64,000 bases of DNA from Felis catus (taxonomy: Eukaryota). The notes below the pieces were generated by a model. It saw only the letters and a program-made list of their open reading frames with translations. It did no database searches and was not told the origin of the DNA. A program made the translations under genes and the position numbers. Of this stretch, positions 25,612-37,608 are shown in pieces (position 1 is the first letter of the stretch; every line of letters starts with the position of its first letter). Location: the NCBI RefSeq assembly GCF_018350175.1, contig NC_058368.1:237338001-237402000 (forward strand). The letters are read 5' to 3'.

Positions 25612-27024
25612 CTGAAAATAGAACTAAATACCAAGTTCCCATAACAAAATCAAGACAAAAACAAACTAACAAAATCAAACAAAAGGTAATATTTTTAGAG
25701 GATAAAGAGCTCATTTATTTTAGTCAGCTGCCTCTCAGTGTCTTGCTTCAGTTTTCTTACCTTAACCTCAGATTTCGTGTGCACAGATGAGAAACTTTGA
25801 ACACCGGTGCACAGTAGAGGAAAGGTCGGAACACGCGCAAACGCCTTGGGCTTCCAACAAACAGGAAACTCACGGCTCTGCAGCCACGTGTAGAGCCCAT
25901 AAGTCCGTGGTGGGAGGTGGAAAACAGACAGCAACCACCGAGGTGGGGTCCCAGCCTCCCACGCTAAGTCGGAGAACACCGTCAGGTTAACCTGGCTTTT
26001 ACGTGCAATGATTTTTACCCGGAAAATTTTCAAGCGCTTTGGGTCTTTCCTTTCATGAATTCCAACACATCCTCACCAGACGCAACAATCACTCAGGGGA
26101 GGGAGGGTGACAGCTGTGTACATGTGGCTCAGATTATGCCAGCATCTTATCTGGGCATTTTGGAGAACTGGGTAAGCCACACACCCCCCCCACCCCCAGG
26201 TCAAGGTCAGACCTCCAGAGAGGCCATGGGCCTGTGGGCCCATTCGCACATGGCATCTATTTTCTTCCCGTGGACACTGGTGAGACCAAGCAGCTCTTCA
26301 GGGACATCTCAGACACAAAGGGAACTGATCCCAGAGACCTTTTATTTATTTGCTTTTATTAAAATTAAAGTAATAAGAAAGCGTCCTTCCTTGAGCGCTG
26401 TCTGTGTGGAATGTGTTTGCTAATCAGCTTTGCTGAAGAAACGAACGCGGCTATGATTTTGACGCCACTCGGGCGGAAGGAGATGCAGTTTGCTGAGGGG
26501 CAGCCATTTAGGCGGAAGAAAGAATCTGTGAGTGACGTGTGGCTTTCAGAATATTCTGCCCCCAAACGTATCAGTCGAGTATAAAGAGGTTAAACACTAT
26601 GGACCAGGGTGTGCGATAGGAAAGCACTTTTAGTGTTTCCTCCATACGTAGGAGAATGAACAGGAAGCCAGAATTTTTAGCTGTTGAGGACACACATTTC
26701 TTCCTTTTCTGTCATTGTCGACAGAGCGAGACAGGGACGATCTAGGTGGGAGCAGAGCGCATTTCTTCAGGTTTGGGAGCTTGGCGGCACACGGCCCTCG
26801 CACGCTCCGCTTGACAAACTAAACCTCTGAATTTATGCTGTCTTCTTTGAGGGATAAATAACACTTTAAGAGTCGAAGTGGTAAGCCAGTTATCAAATAC
26901 TTGCATTTTCGCTCTAATTTATTTCATCCTACTTATGCAGTCGCATTGGAGTTCACGGGGTCAGATGGCAGCTTCGTGAAATCGCTTGATTTTACCCCAC
27001 TTCTGAGGAGAAGGAACACGTTGC

Positions 27025-27130
27025 CGCCCTGACATTCGAGATGAGGAAATGAGACTCAGAAGGAGGTTTCTGCACCAATGTATACAGCTTGTAAGTGACA
27101 CGGGGAGAAAAGTCCAGATCTGCTTCCTGC
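27025..27130 (-). mobile_element. MIR fragment
   Basis: cattcgagatgaggaaatgagactcagaagg...atacagcttgtaagtgacac. Confidence 0.6.
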
Positions 27131-28202
27131 GTGTCTTTGACAGGTGAAGTGTGGACGAGGAGGCTGAGGGGTCACCCTGAGGCTGGGCACCACTGTGGGG
27201 ACTGGCCTGGGTGAGGACCCCACGGCCCGACCGGGGCTGGGCCACCAAACCCGAGTCTTTCTCTAAACAAGGTTATACTATACAATGTGAAGTTTCGAGT
27301 TACGAAACACGACAACTACTTCTCAGAAAAGGAAGAGAGAAAGAGAATTTACAGAGTTTGTTTATTGTGGAAGGGCGACGTGACTGAAATTTTAAACTCC
27401 TATTGGAGGATCTCTTAGTTTTCTATTTAGGGTCGACGGTCGTAAGCTTTTTAGTATGCAGGATGAATTTCACACACCCCAGGTAGGCTACCACCTAAAA
27501 CTTTTATTTTTAAAATCATAATAAAACACTTGATTCTGTCTAGTAAGACTGCTTTGGAAATGTGGGGCATTTCTGAATAGAATCCAAACCCTCATTGATC
27601 TTCAAATATCACAACCCGTGAATGCCTTTCTGCTTCCGATGTGAGCCTCAGGTTCTCTGCCTGGCTCCTCCTGGACTGTTGAGATTCTCAATTTACATCA
27701 AAATGGCCTGATATCTGTGGAGCCGACTGCCTTGCCCACATCAAAGCTCTGTTCCAATTCAGCCTGGGTGAAGTCTTCCATACCACATCTAATAGTGGAT
27801 TTTTGTAGAAAGGTAAAGGAAGCTTAGAGTCATATGGTTTAAACGTCTCTAAATGAAAACTGAATGTAGATTCCCAAGAACTACCACAAATAACGCTTTC
27901 ATGAGGCCACTTGGCCGGAGACAGTGATAGATTTCCTGCTGCGAAACTTCAAGTGAAGGATTACAAAATTATAGAGACCATTTCATGTAAGAATTCCTAC
28001 GTTCAGACACGTGCCTAACTTATGAATAACTGACATGAACCCAGTTCTTCCCACTCAGTGTATGTAAAAATAAAAGACGTCCCCCAGGGTGCATTCTGGA
28101 AACACCCCACTTTGTGGAATGTCAGTACTTTCTCACTTTGGAAGGTGTTCTCAGTGGTCAAAGAAGTCTGACAAACGGGCACCTTGTCAAAGTGGCTTAT
28201 AC

Positions 28203-28251
28203 CTACTCCAGGAATTTTCCGTCTTGCCATATCGGTCTGTGCTCTGAGTCC
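28203..28251 (-). other. Putative exon C of hypothetical minus-strand transcript
   Basis: Acceptor atctctgtcctag|, donor TAG|gtataa, 49 nt. Confidence 0.22.
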
Positions 28252-28501
28252 CTAGGACAGAGATATTGCATGTTGTGCTTCCCAGACTTCTTTGGGCCTG
28301 GATTCCGTGTGTCCAAGAGCACCCTCGGGGGTCCTGGAGTTCATGCCTTGATAAAAGGCTGGGTTTTGTTTTACTCTGGGTTTGAAGGAACTGGGCCAGC
28401 ACGTCACGGGTTGGGGAGAGCATGAAATCTGGCTGAGCAACCACAAACACAATGAAATCCAAAAGTCAGTTACCAAGTGTCTCATTTATACAAGGACTCA
28501 C

Positions 28502-28643
28502 CTCATTTCTGGAGCCACACAGTCTCTTCGGAACCACGTGGTTCTGAGAAGTCGCTCGTAGAATGAGCCGATTATCATGGATTTCAGGTGAACTACGAAT
28601 GCCACTTAAGACTGGGCCATGTTTTGCAAATTCCAATGCCCAT
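28502..28643 (-). other. Putative exon B of hypothetical minus-strand transcript
   Basis: Strong acceptor cttattttgttacag| and consensus donor GAG|gtgagt; 142 nt with an open frame. Confidence 0.33.
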
Positions 28644-29103
28644 CTGTAACAAAATAAGCCATTTGAGCTTTGGGTGAATGAGATGCTGGTGAGAAAGACC
28701 CGAGCTCCAATATAAACATTAAAAAAAAAAAGAATCCGGAATCTTCTTGGCCGTTCAGAAATTCCTACCACAAGAGTTTTCCTTGGAGCACGGCCACAGC
28801 CAAAATGAGGCCTCCCTCACTGTCCCTTCCACTCAAGAAGTTCAGCAGACGACAAAGAGTCTGAGGGTCTGAACGGGACCCAGGCCCGAGACTGGTAACA
28901 ATTAGCTGCATGGCTCCTGTTTTTCTCGCTTTGCCTCCTGTGTCTGCATTTTCCACCAAGACCCTGCAAGTCTCCTTGCACCGTTCCGTCTCAGCACAGA
29001 GGCCGCTCTCTCGGTGAAGCCTTCCTCCGCTTCCCGAAGGCCTGCGCCCCACTGCCCACAACAGTGCGCAAGTTACTGCCCTCTTGCTGGGGCGGTTTGC
29101 CAC

Positions 29104-29232
29104 CTACGAGCTCTGTGCGGTGGGGGAGACAGTGGCTTTGCTAGAGGTCCAGGTTGCAGTAAATATTCCTCTTCCTCCCGAGCTTCAGACAGGGCCATCT
29201 TCCTTTCCTGCACGGCCTGGCACATGGCCTTC
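29104..29232 (-). other. Putative exon A of hypothetical minus-strand transcript
   Basis: Acceptor cgctttcag|, weak donor TAG|gtggca, 129 nt open frame containing gccATG at 29225. Confidence 0.2.
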
Positions 29233-31369
29233 CTGAAAGCGCAGTGGGGCCCAGACCTCCGCATTCTAGCAACCTCCCCCTTGCCAGGCGGGAAGGTTGG
29301 TGCGAGATGCTGCCAGCTTTCAGTCACGGAAAAGCATCTCCTCTGATCGGGGGATGGTCAGGAACGGACATACCACGACGGCTTCACTTGGACTCAAAGC
29401 CACTGGAGCAGACGGCTCGGGGGAAGATGTGTCTGGAGCCCCGTGGGGGCTGGCCCCCCTTCGTCCTGGACCACAGCACGAGATGTGGGATTCCGCCGTG
29501 ATCTTCTGGAAGCAGACTTCAACCCGCATTTAGACTTCACATTTTCATCTTCTGCGCACTCCGCCAGGTGAGTGCCGTCCCTTCTGGAAGCGGGGGCAAC
29601 CGCGAGTGTGCCGCCCACCCTGGTGAGACCGCACGTGTGGGGCTCCCCTCTGTTGCCTTTCTCGGGACTCCCAGTCTTGCCAAAGCTTCAAGCCATGTGT
29701 GCTTCCGATTAAACCTCTTTCCCGGAGAGGAAAGCGTCCTCTGTCGGGGTGCGAAAACACCAGATCATGAGTGACAGGGACGTTCAGACCACATGCGTGC
29801 GGACCTTCTCTAGAGATGGAATTCGGCCTCGAGGTGGAGGGGTGACCTGCCTGCAGCAAAGCCCCAGGAGGACGTGAGCGGTGGCCAGGGCTGCCTGCTC
29901 CTTAGGGGTGGCCAGCGCATATCAGCCGAGATGCTCTCGGGAGGGAAGAGCTAAAAGGTCAAGCACCTGTGCATCATCAGTGTCCCGTCCATGGCCCTCT
30001 GCCTCAGATGACTGAAAACTCTGAGCGCTCCCACGTGGGACACTCAGGACAGTCTGCCAAGAAGCATCTGTGGCAATGGCCACATAAAGGGGGAGGGGGA
30101 GTGTGTGTCCAGGGAGAAGAAACGAGTGATGACGTGACCAGGAGATGCTCACTAAGCCGCCCGGGCCAGAGGCGCTGTGGGTCGGCTCACGAGTGCCCGT
30201 CACGGTCTCTTCTTGGGACCAGCCCCGAATCCCCGGCTGGCTGGTGGCCCGGGAGGCCGAACGGGCGCCCTGGATGGCCGTCTCCCTTCTCGGCCTCTGT
30301 CCTCGGTCTTGTTTTCATTCCCAGATGCCGACCTCACTTCGTGGGAAATCCAAACCTGAGTTTCTGGGAGGTCGGCCTCTGGCCACGTCAGGGGAGGTCG
30401 AGCAGTCTGCTTCCTGTGTTGAGGTCTCTGACGCTACAGACCAGGCTGAGGTTGGACACTTGCCGGGGCCCCAGGGGGCCCGGGTCCGGGCCGAGCACCC
30501 ACACGCTCTGGGCCCTGCACGCGGGACACGGTCCCCGTGAGCAGCTACCACCGAGGCCAATGACTGTCCTGAGGCCTGTCCCCAAAGCGCCAGCCTGGCC
30601 CAGGGCTCCAGCTGCTTCCGACCTTCCAGGGACACGGCACAGGCCCCAGGGGCACCCGTGGGACCAGGTGTATCTCCGCCACAGGGTTGGGGGTCTGCCC
30701 CGGACCCCGGCCAAGGACTAACAATTTGAACGAGGTGGAGTCAGGATCAGTACACACAGAGCTCTCCCCCCCCCCCCGGCTTTCCTGACCTGCATTGTAA
30801 CCGTCACGTGTCGGGCTGTGGTGCCATCCCATCAGAGGATGAAGGCTTCAAAAGAATTCTAGCCGTTTTATCAAAATTCCACCGAGGGAAGAGGTTTTCA
30901 GACTCCAGCACACTCAGATCTGAGAGCCTGTGAAGATGGGCCTGAATATCTCTTCCTCCTCATGAGCTTGTGTCTCTGGAAATTTACCTCCGTGAGACGA
31001 CCTGAGGCAGTGGCCTCGCCGGCGAGCCACCGGGTCGAGTCTGGGAAACTTGGCCCCACGCTGAGCCTCAGGTTCCGGATGCCTGGGGTCCATTGCTTCG
31101 CTCGAGCTTTGCCTCATTTAGCTACTGAAATGTCAGGGAATTTAATACCTGGGCCAAATGCAGGCGTGTGCTAGAGGGCCACGAGGACGGCCACAAACCG
31201 AGGCAACGTCAGGCGTGACAGGCATGCCCCGAAAATAAAAACACTTCGCGGAGACAGAGGAATGTAGCTAACTCTCTTCCACTTTATTTACTGAGCTCTG
31301 AGTTTTGACAACATTATTCTTTAGTCCTTGAGGAAGTAATATACTCTCGCCCTTAAAATGCTGTAAGTG

Positions 31370-31720
31370 GTCGATAATGCATTATTACAGTAAGCCGTTC
31401 ACCCTCATAGTAATTATCTAATAACCCCTTATAAAAGACCGTGGCTTCCTAATCTGTTTATAATTATCATTTCAATGATCCCACACATTAATGTCTGACC
31501 TTCAGCAACTCTGACCTGATCTTAATTAGCTCTAATATCAAATCATCGCTACACAAGAAACTAGCCATGACCAAATGAATGAACCCCAGGTACAGTTAAT
31601 TTCTGGAGCAATTATCTTTACATGTAGGGAGATTTAAATGATTATCTGCACAATTTCACACAGTTTTATGTAATTCTGCCACATTATAAATTCTGTTTTA
31701 AATCATATTTCAAAGGCAGG
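31370..31720. promoter_or_regulatory. Candidate conserved non-coding/enhancer-like element
   Basis: AT-rich unique island in GC-rich surroundings with dense homeodomain cores (gtaattat, ataattat, cattaatg, cttaattag, gttaattt); conservation not tested. Confidence 0.4.
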
Positions 31721-33567
31721 ACTCCACGGTCTGGTTTTGTCTAGCGCTCGAGCCCTTGGCTACGACATCACACACTATCCCTGTGTGATCCAGGGTGATT
31801 TTTTGTCATTATTTTCAATTATAAACAAATAACAAACACACAGTTTACAAAGTGGTACGTTACAGTTACACGAATAACTATAGCGAGGCCATCTAGGAGC
31901 AAATACCATCCGTGTTAAAGGGAATACTCCATTATGCGGAAATATTAAAAGTAATTGATAGTATAATACAGGTCGTAAAAAGATTGGAAAACTCAAAGCG
32001 CACGTCAATATGCACACCGCACTTACCAATCCACGGCCACGAAAGCACTTTACCATCTTAACAAAGTCTTGCCGGGGGGTGGGGGGGTGCCGCTAAGGAA
32101 GATTCAGTGATGCCCCCGCTGAACCTCATTTCAAACACGAGACACACACAGGTGTTTTTTGTCTTGGTAAACATCTAACTTGCCGAGTGAAGTTATTCGT
32201 ATTACGCTAGCTTCACAGTGTCGGATCCATTTTCACAGACGTCCGGTTGACTTTTCGGGGTAAAGGCACAAACACAGCGGCGATATTACAGAAATGTTTG
32301 GGGTGCAAACAAGGCCTTGGAAAGAAATGCGATTAGAAAGTGTTTGGCGGGCATTGTGTCTGTTGTCAAAACGCGGGGATCAATTGATCAAAGCGCAGCG
32401 TTTCAACAAAGAATATTCAGTCTCCTGCTCTCGACACGATTCGTCAGCCTCGCACGTAAAGCCTTCCTCGGCAAAGTTTTGGCAACACCTAAATTTCATC
32501 CCAGATACCGAAACATCTGTCCTCCAGCCATCCACCGCAGCGAGCAGCCCGATGTGGGTGATTGATTTGAAAGCAATTTGGGGGGGGGGGGATGCCGTGT
32601 GCTCCTCAGAGACGTCACCGTGAGCGGCCCTAATGCATCACCCGGAGCCACCAGGAGGGGCATTCGCTTAAAAATGCATCCCCAGGTGCTAACACGACTT
32701 CAGAGCTTCGCAGGAATGATGGGAGGAGACCGCCCGTGCCCCCGATTCATCACGGCTTGTCCCTACGGTCGCCCTGGAGCCCGGGGCTGACGGCCCCCAC
32801 TCCGGGGCTCTGCTGGGGCCTGAGACCCCCCCCACCTGAGACCCCACGGGGTGGAAGCCCGCTAGCGACCTTGGACAATGACCTCACCGGGACCTTTCCC
32901 GGCGTTCCAGTCTGAGACATCTGTCATCTTGGCAATCCTGCCTGTTGCCTTTAAGATTAAACTCTTTTAAATACGTAGAGGGAGCAGTTAGTGCAAGAGA
33001 GGAAATCATGAAATAATTTTAAATTTTTAAACGGTGCTCATTTTGCACACCTGCCAATGTCAAGACAGCGTTAGAGATGATTGTGTCCTGAGTGGAAGGA
33101 ATTATGCCTTCCACGTGAAGATCTTGTTGCTTTCCACTTCTTTCTCATCTTTTGGAAAACGCTCGAGGTCTTTGGTGCATACGGCTCTTTCTTGCTTCCA
33201 AGTCGAAAGTTAAAGGGCCTTTGTGTCAGTTAGTTCTCTCCTTCAAAGGAAACCCTTGGGCATACACTCTCTCTTTTGTCATCCCTGAAGCTCCTAGAGG
33301 TAACTACCCTGTTCTATGTAGGGTCTGACATTCGGCATTAATTTATTACCTAACTATCGCTTTAATAAGGCTTCTGTGATGCTGAAGTCCGCTGTTTCTA
33401 ATAGGAAAGGTTTCTGTCGTGCTCAGAGAAGTTCTCTCAGACACAGAAGGAAACCAGCCTCCTCTGTGCTGCACATGCACATGTATTTCAGGGGACAAAA
33501 TGGTACGAACATTTGCCGTGGGTGTGGTCCCCGACCCTCCGTCTCTCGGCGGGCCACCCCGAACAAA

Positions 33568-33612
33568 ACCACCGCCACCGCCACCGCCACCGCAGCAGAA
33601 GCAACAGCGACC
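33568..33612. repeat. (ACCGCC)n then (GCA)-like GC-rich simple repeat
   Basis: accaccgccaccgccaccgccaccgcagcagaagcaacagcg. Confidence 0.85.
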
Positions 33613-34169
33613 ACGGTGACCTGTGCATGTGTCCCGGCCGGGGTTTCCTGCAGAGAGCTTCTGCCCAGATGGAATGAATGATGCTGCGAGGCGCTTTGCT
33701 CGGTGTCTGGTCCAGAGTGAGAGGAGAGAGCAAGAAGGGCCTGCCTGAAGGGACGGGGCACACTGGGGACAGGCGGTTCCTGCCCACGGAGAGTGCATAA
33801 TGGCCATGTCACTGGGCCTCGCAGCTGGGATCTGCTCTAACTGGGCACTGACGAGTTCCATAAAGAAACTTTCCGCGAGGTCATCGGCCAGGACTCTGTG
33901 GATGCACCGGGATGCCCCAGGCCGTGGTAGGACCCTGGCAGCCTCAGTGTGAGACTGCATCCGCCTTCAAGAAGAAAGCACTTCCTCATGGTGAGGAGAT
34001 TCTCTCCATGTGTCTGTCTGTTTCTTTTTTTTTTTCTGCCTCCCCGAATTTGCACATTTGAGCATTGCACCATAACCCTCAGTGAAAAAGAGTTCTCTGT
34101 TTAGTAAAACAAACTGCGTTCTCTTTAAACCTTTTTTGTTGTGGACTTCGTTGAAGACACACACACCAA

Positions 34170-35860
34170 GACACATGAAGCCTAAAGATACAGCTCAGTG
34201 AACTTCCAGATTAGCAAGTAGAATATTCCCAGACCCTTGGAGGCCATTCGTTCCCTTCCAAATCATGACGTCCACCTTCCCCAACAAATGAGAACACTGT
34301 CCTCATGTCTGGTACTGTGATTTATGTTTGAAGTTTTGTTAAACCTCATATGAATGGGATCATAGTCTTCTGGTTCCAACTTCTTTGGTCTGATCACATT
34401 GGGGAGATTCAATCATTTTTTTGTGCACTGTGGTTCTTTCAACGTGATAGTTTGTAATATTCCATTGTACAAATACACAAAACAGTCCCCCAAAAACAAT
34501 TGTATTGATTTAAACACCAGGAACAATGGACGAAAGTACCCATCGCTTCCTATCCTCTCAACATTTAGAATTGTCTGGTGACTTTTTCCTTTCCACGTTA
34601 CCTATGACACCTGTGTAATTGCATTTCATAACAGTGTAATTTGTGTTTCCTGATGACCAGTGAGATCGCATACCTTTTCATCAAAAAAAATATTTCTTTT
34701 GACCGTTTGGATATCCTTGTTTGTGAATGATCTGTTCAAATCTTATGTTATTTTCTTTTTCTTGTTGAGTTACCTAATTAAAAAAAATGATTTTAACAGT
34801 TCTTCCCATATTTTGGATGTATTTGTTTGTCATACATGTTAGAAATATCTCTGTCTACCCTGTAGCTTACTTTTCAGGTTCTTAATAGTGATTCTGATAA
34901 ATGGAAATTCTTAATTTTAATAAAGAAAATTTATCAGTTTTTTTTTCTTTTTGTTTTGTGTAGTTTGCATCCTACTTAAGAAATCTTTTCTTACCTTGGG
35001 GTCTTGAAGATATTCTCTTGTAGTTTCTTCTAGAAGTTTAATTGTTTTGCCTCTTGATTTAGAGCAACAATCATCCGTAATAAATTTTTGTTTATGTTGT
35101 GAAGTATGGATTAAATTCCAATGTGTTATTCTTTCTTTTTGAAAATTTTTTTAAGTTTATTTATTGTTGAGAGAGAGCGAGCGAGAGACAGACTGTGAGC
35201 ACGGGAGGGGCAGAGAGAGAGACACACACAGGATCCAAAGCAGGTTCCAGGCTCTGAGTTGTCATCACAGAGCCCAACAAGGGGCTTGAACTCAAAAACC
35301 GTGAGATCATGACCTAAGCCAAAGTCAGATGCTTAACCGACTGATCCACCTACATTGTCTTATTCTGATATCATTTATTAAAAGACTACTACTGTTCATC
35401 AGTACTCTTTGGGTCCTCTTGCATCATAAATCAAGTGCTCGGTCTTGATTCTGGGTCTCTAATCTGTTTCTCTTGTCCATATTTTGATAATACCTATAGC
35501 CTTAATTACTGTCACTTTTAAATAAGTATTATTATCTGGTCAAATGATTCCTTCCTCCTTGTCATTCTTTGAGATTGGCATCTTTATTTTAAGCCATTTG
35601 AATTTATATGTGAATTTTATAACAGTGAATCTTCTAATCATAAACATGGCACACTCATTATTTATGTAGGTTTTCATTAAAATAATTCTCTATAAGTTTT
35701 GGTGCACATATTTTGTTAGATTTATTCTAGTATATTTTGATAATTTTTAAAGTATCTTTGCTGATACATATGTATATAATTTAATATATTTCTAAAATAA
35801 AAATTAAATTTTGTATATTAGTCTTATATCTAGCAACATTGCCAAGTTTATTTACTTAAT
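34170..35860 (-). mobile_element. Ancient L1 (L1ME/MC-like) 3' region
   Basis: T-rich strand with L1 landmarks: catatgaatgggatcata, tttcctgatgaccagtgag, gaccgtttggatatcc, cctacttaagaaatcttt, cttatatctagcaacattgcc. Confidence 0.8.
35132..35352 (-). mobile_element. Can-SINE lacking the first few 5' bases
   Basis: Body ends gcttaaccgactgatccacc; degenerate TSD a.tgt.ttattc. Confidence 0.92.
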
Positions 35861-35960
35861 CTGGATGTTGTTCTCTTGACTTTCGGATCCATTTGTCTAA
35901 TAAGGAGTAGCTTATATTAGTCTATTCCTCAAGATCCAATGTAATAGCGGGGTAATTTTT

Positions 35961-36090
35961 AGGAAGGAAGGAAGGAAGGAAGGAAGGAAGGAAGGAAGGA
36001 AGGAAGAAAGAAAGAAAGAAAAAGAGAGGAAGGAAAGGAGGAAAGAAAGATGGAAAGAAAGAAAAGAAAACTAAAAAAAGAGAAAAGAAA
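35961..36090. repeat. (GGAA)n/(GAAA)n purine-rich microsatellite
   Basis: aggaaggaaggaagg...aaagaaagaaag. Confidence 0.95.
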
Positions 36091-36228
36091 ATCTGTTTAA
36101 AGATATAGGCAAATACACAACTTAAGCCAGCACTTAAGAAGCCAATATCCTAGAAAGAAGAGGAATGCTTGGAAGTGGGTCCTAAATCCCCTGCACCTTT
36201 GTTCTTCTAAACATTGGCCAATTGGTGG

Positions 36229-36372
36229 TGTATATTGGCTTTCTATCGCTGCATAATGAATCACTACACATTTTACACTTACAACTGCATTTATTTATTA
36301 TCCCACAGTTTCTGTGCTCAGCACCCCCGGCGCAGCTTAGCTGAGTCCTCTGCTCAGGGCCTCTCAAGCTAT
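36229..36372 (-). mobile_element. MLT1 LTR fragment
   Basis: tgtatattggctttctatcgctgcataatgaatcactacac...cacagtttctgtg...agcttagctgagtcctctgctcaggg. Confidence 0.7.
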
Positions 36373-36379
36373 AATATTG

Positions 36380-37205
36380 CAAATTTAAAAAAAGGATGAT
36401 CAGACTAAATTTAAAAGAAACTATATGCTGTTGTAAAAGACACATCTTAAATACAAAAATACATGTATCTGAAAACAAAACGTTGGAAAAATATATATAA
36501 TGCAACAACTAAGCAGAAGAGAGCTGGTATAAATATTCTAACATCATGCAAATAGGTATTAAGACTAGAAGTATAAATAGAAATTAAGATATTTTATAAT
36601 GATAAATGGTTAATTCAACAGTATGACATAATACCTAACTTCTTCTATTAGTTGCTAAGATAGTCATGTTAAAATATGCAACTACAAATGTAGATTTGTT
36701 ATTTCTTTGCCATTCAAGAAATGCAAGGCTATATTATTAGGTATATACTAGTACATTTAGAAGATTGAAAAATCAGTATGGATTTACATAGTTCGAATGC
36801 TTAGATGATTTATAAAATTGGTAGGCTGCATGTACTAAACCCCAAAGCAACAGAGTACACATTCTTTTCTAATACACACAAAATGTTCACCATTTTATAG
36901 AACAGAAACCATTAAGAGCATGTACTCTGACCATGGTGAAATTAATTTAGATATTAATTTAAGAAAATAAATAGAAATTCTTCAAACATTCAGAAGTTGA
37001 ACACATTTCTGAATATTCCACGAGTAAAAAAAAAAGGTAAATTGAAATGGAAGCTAGAAATATTTTCAATTAAATGTCATAAATTTGAAAAATGTAGCCA
37101 GAATAGAATATAGAATATAGAATAGAAATGCAGAAACTAAGTGCACATGTAAGAAAAGAAGAAAAGCTAAAAATTAATGACCTGCAAATCTGAATCAAGA
37201 CGCTG
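36380..37205 (+). mobile_element. Old L1 ORF2 endonuclease-region fragment with an internal inversion
   Basis: actatatgctgttgtaaaagacacatcttaaatac...ttggaaaaatatatataatgcaac...gagtacacattcttttc...gaaaagaagaaaagctaaaaattaatgacct. Confidence 0.8.
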
Positions 37206-37397
37206 ACATTACCGGATTATAATTTAGGTTTGCATTAACTTTTGAAAAAAACTTGCAAACTTTTACAAAGTATTTGTACGTTTTGCTTTTCTAAAAGAAA
37301 TGCCTGAAGGTTCCAGTTTATCTACCCTTTGCAATTTTTGATATTGTTAGTTTCTTTGTGTCCATTTTAGTGAGACAGTACAGGTTTCTTATTGCTG

Positions 37398-37608
37398 ATT
37401 TTTTTAAATGTTTATTTTTGAGAGAGAGAGAGACAGAGCATGAGCGGAGAAGGGGCAGAGAAACAGAGGGAAGACACAGAATCAGAAGCAGTCTCCAGAC
37501 TCCGAGTTGTCAGCACAGAGTCCAACGCGGGGCTTGAACTCATGAACCATGAGATCATGACCTGAGCTGAAGTCAGACGCTTAACAGACTGAGCCTCCCA
37601 GGTGCCCC
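37398..37608 (-). mobile_element. Can-SINE
   Basis: Full body; TSD cttattgctg. Confidence 0.95.

Noticed and set aside
29076..29092. CTCF-like motif (ccagcaagagggcagt on the minus strand)
   Set aside because: One-base insertion relative to the core consensus spacing; not supportable without ChIP data
29969..30721. Longest ORF in the window (250 aa)
   Set aside because: Non-ATG start, P/G/R-rich composition expected from GC-rich DNA, overlapping ORFs in several frames, no recognisable domain
33346..33960. ORFs with poly-Pro/Gln, poly-Gly or (AT)n tracts resembling a transcription-factor low-complexity region
   Set aside because: All derive from one short (ACCGCC)n repeat; flanking translation is not protein-like and I saw no convincing splice context
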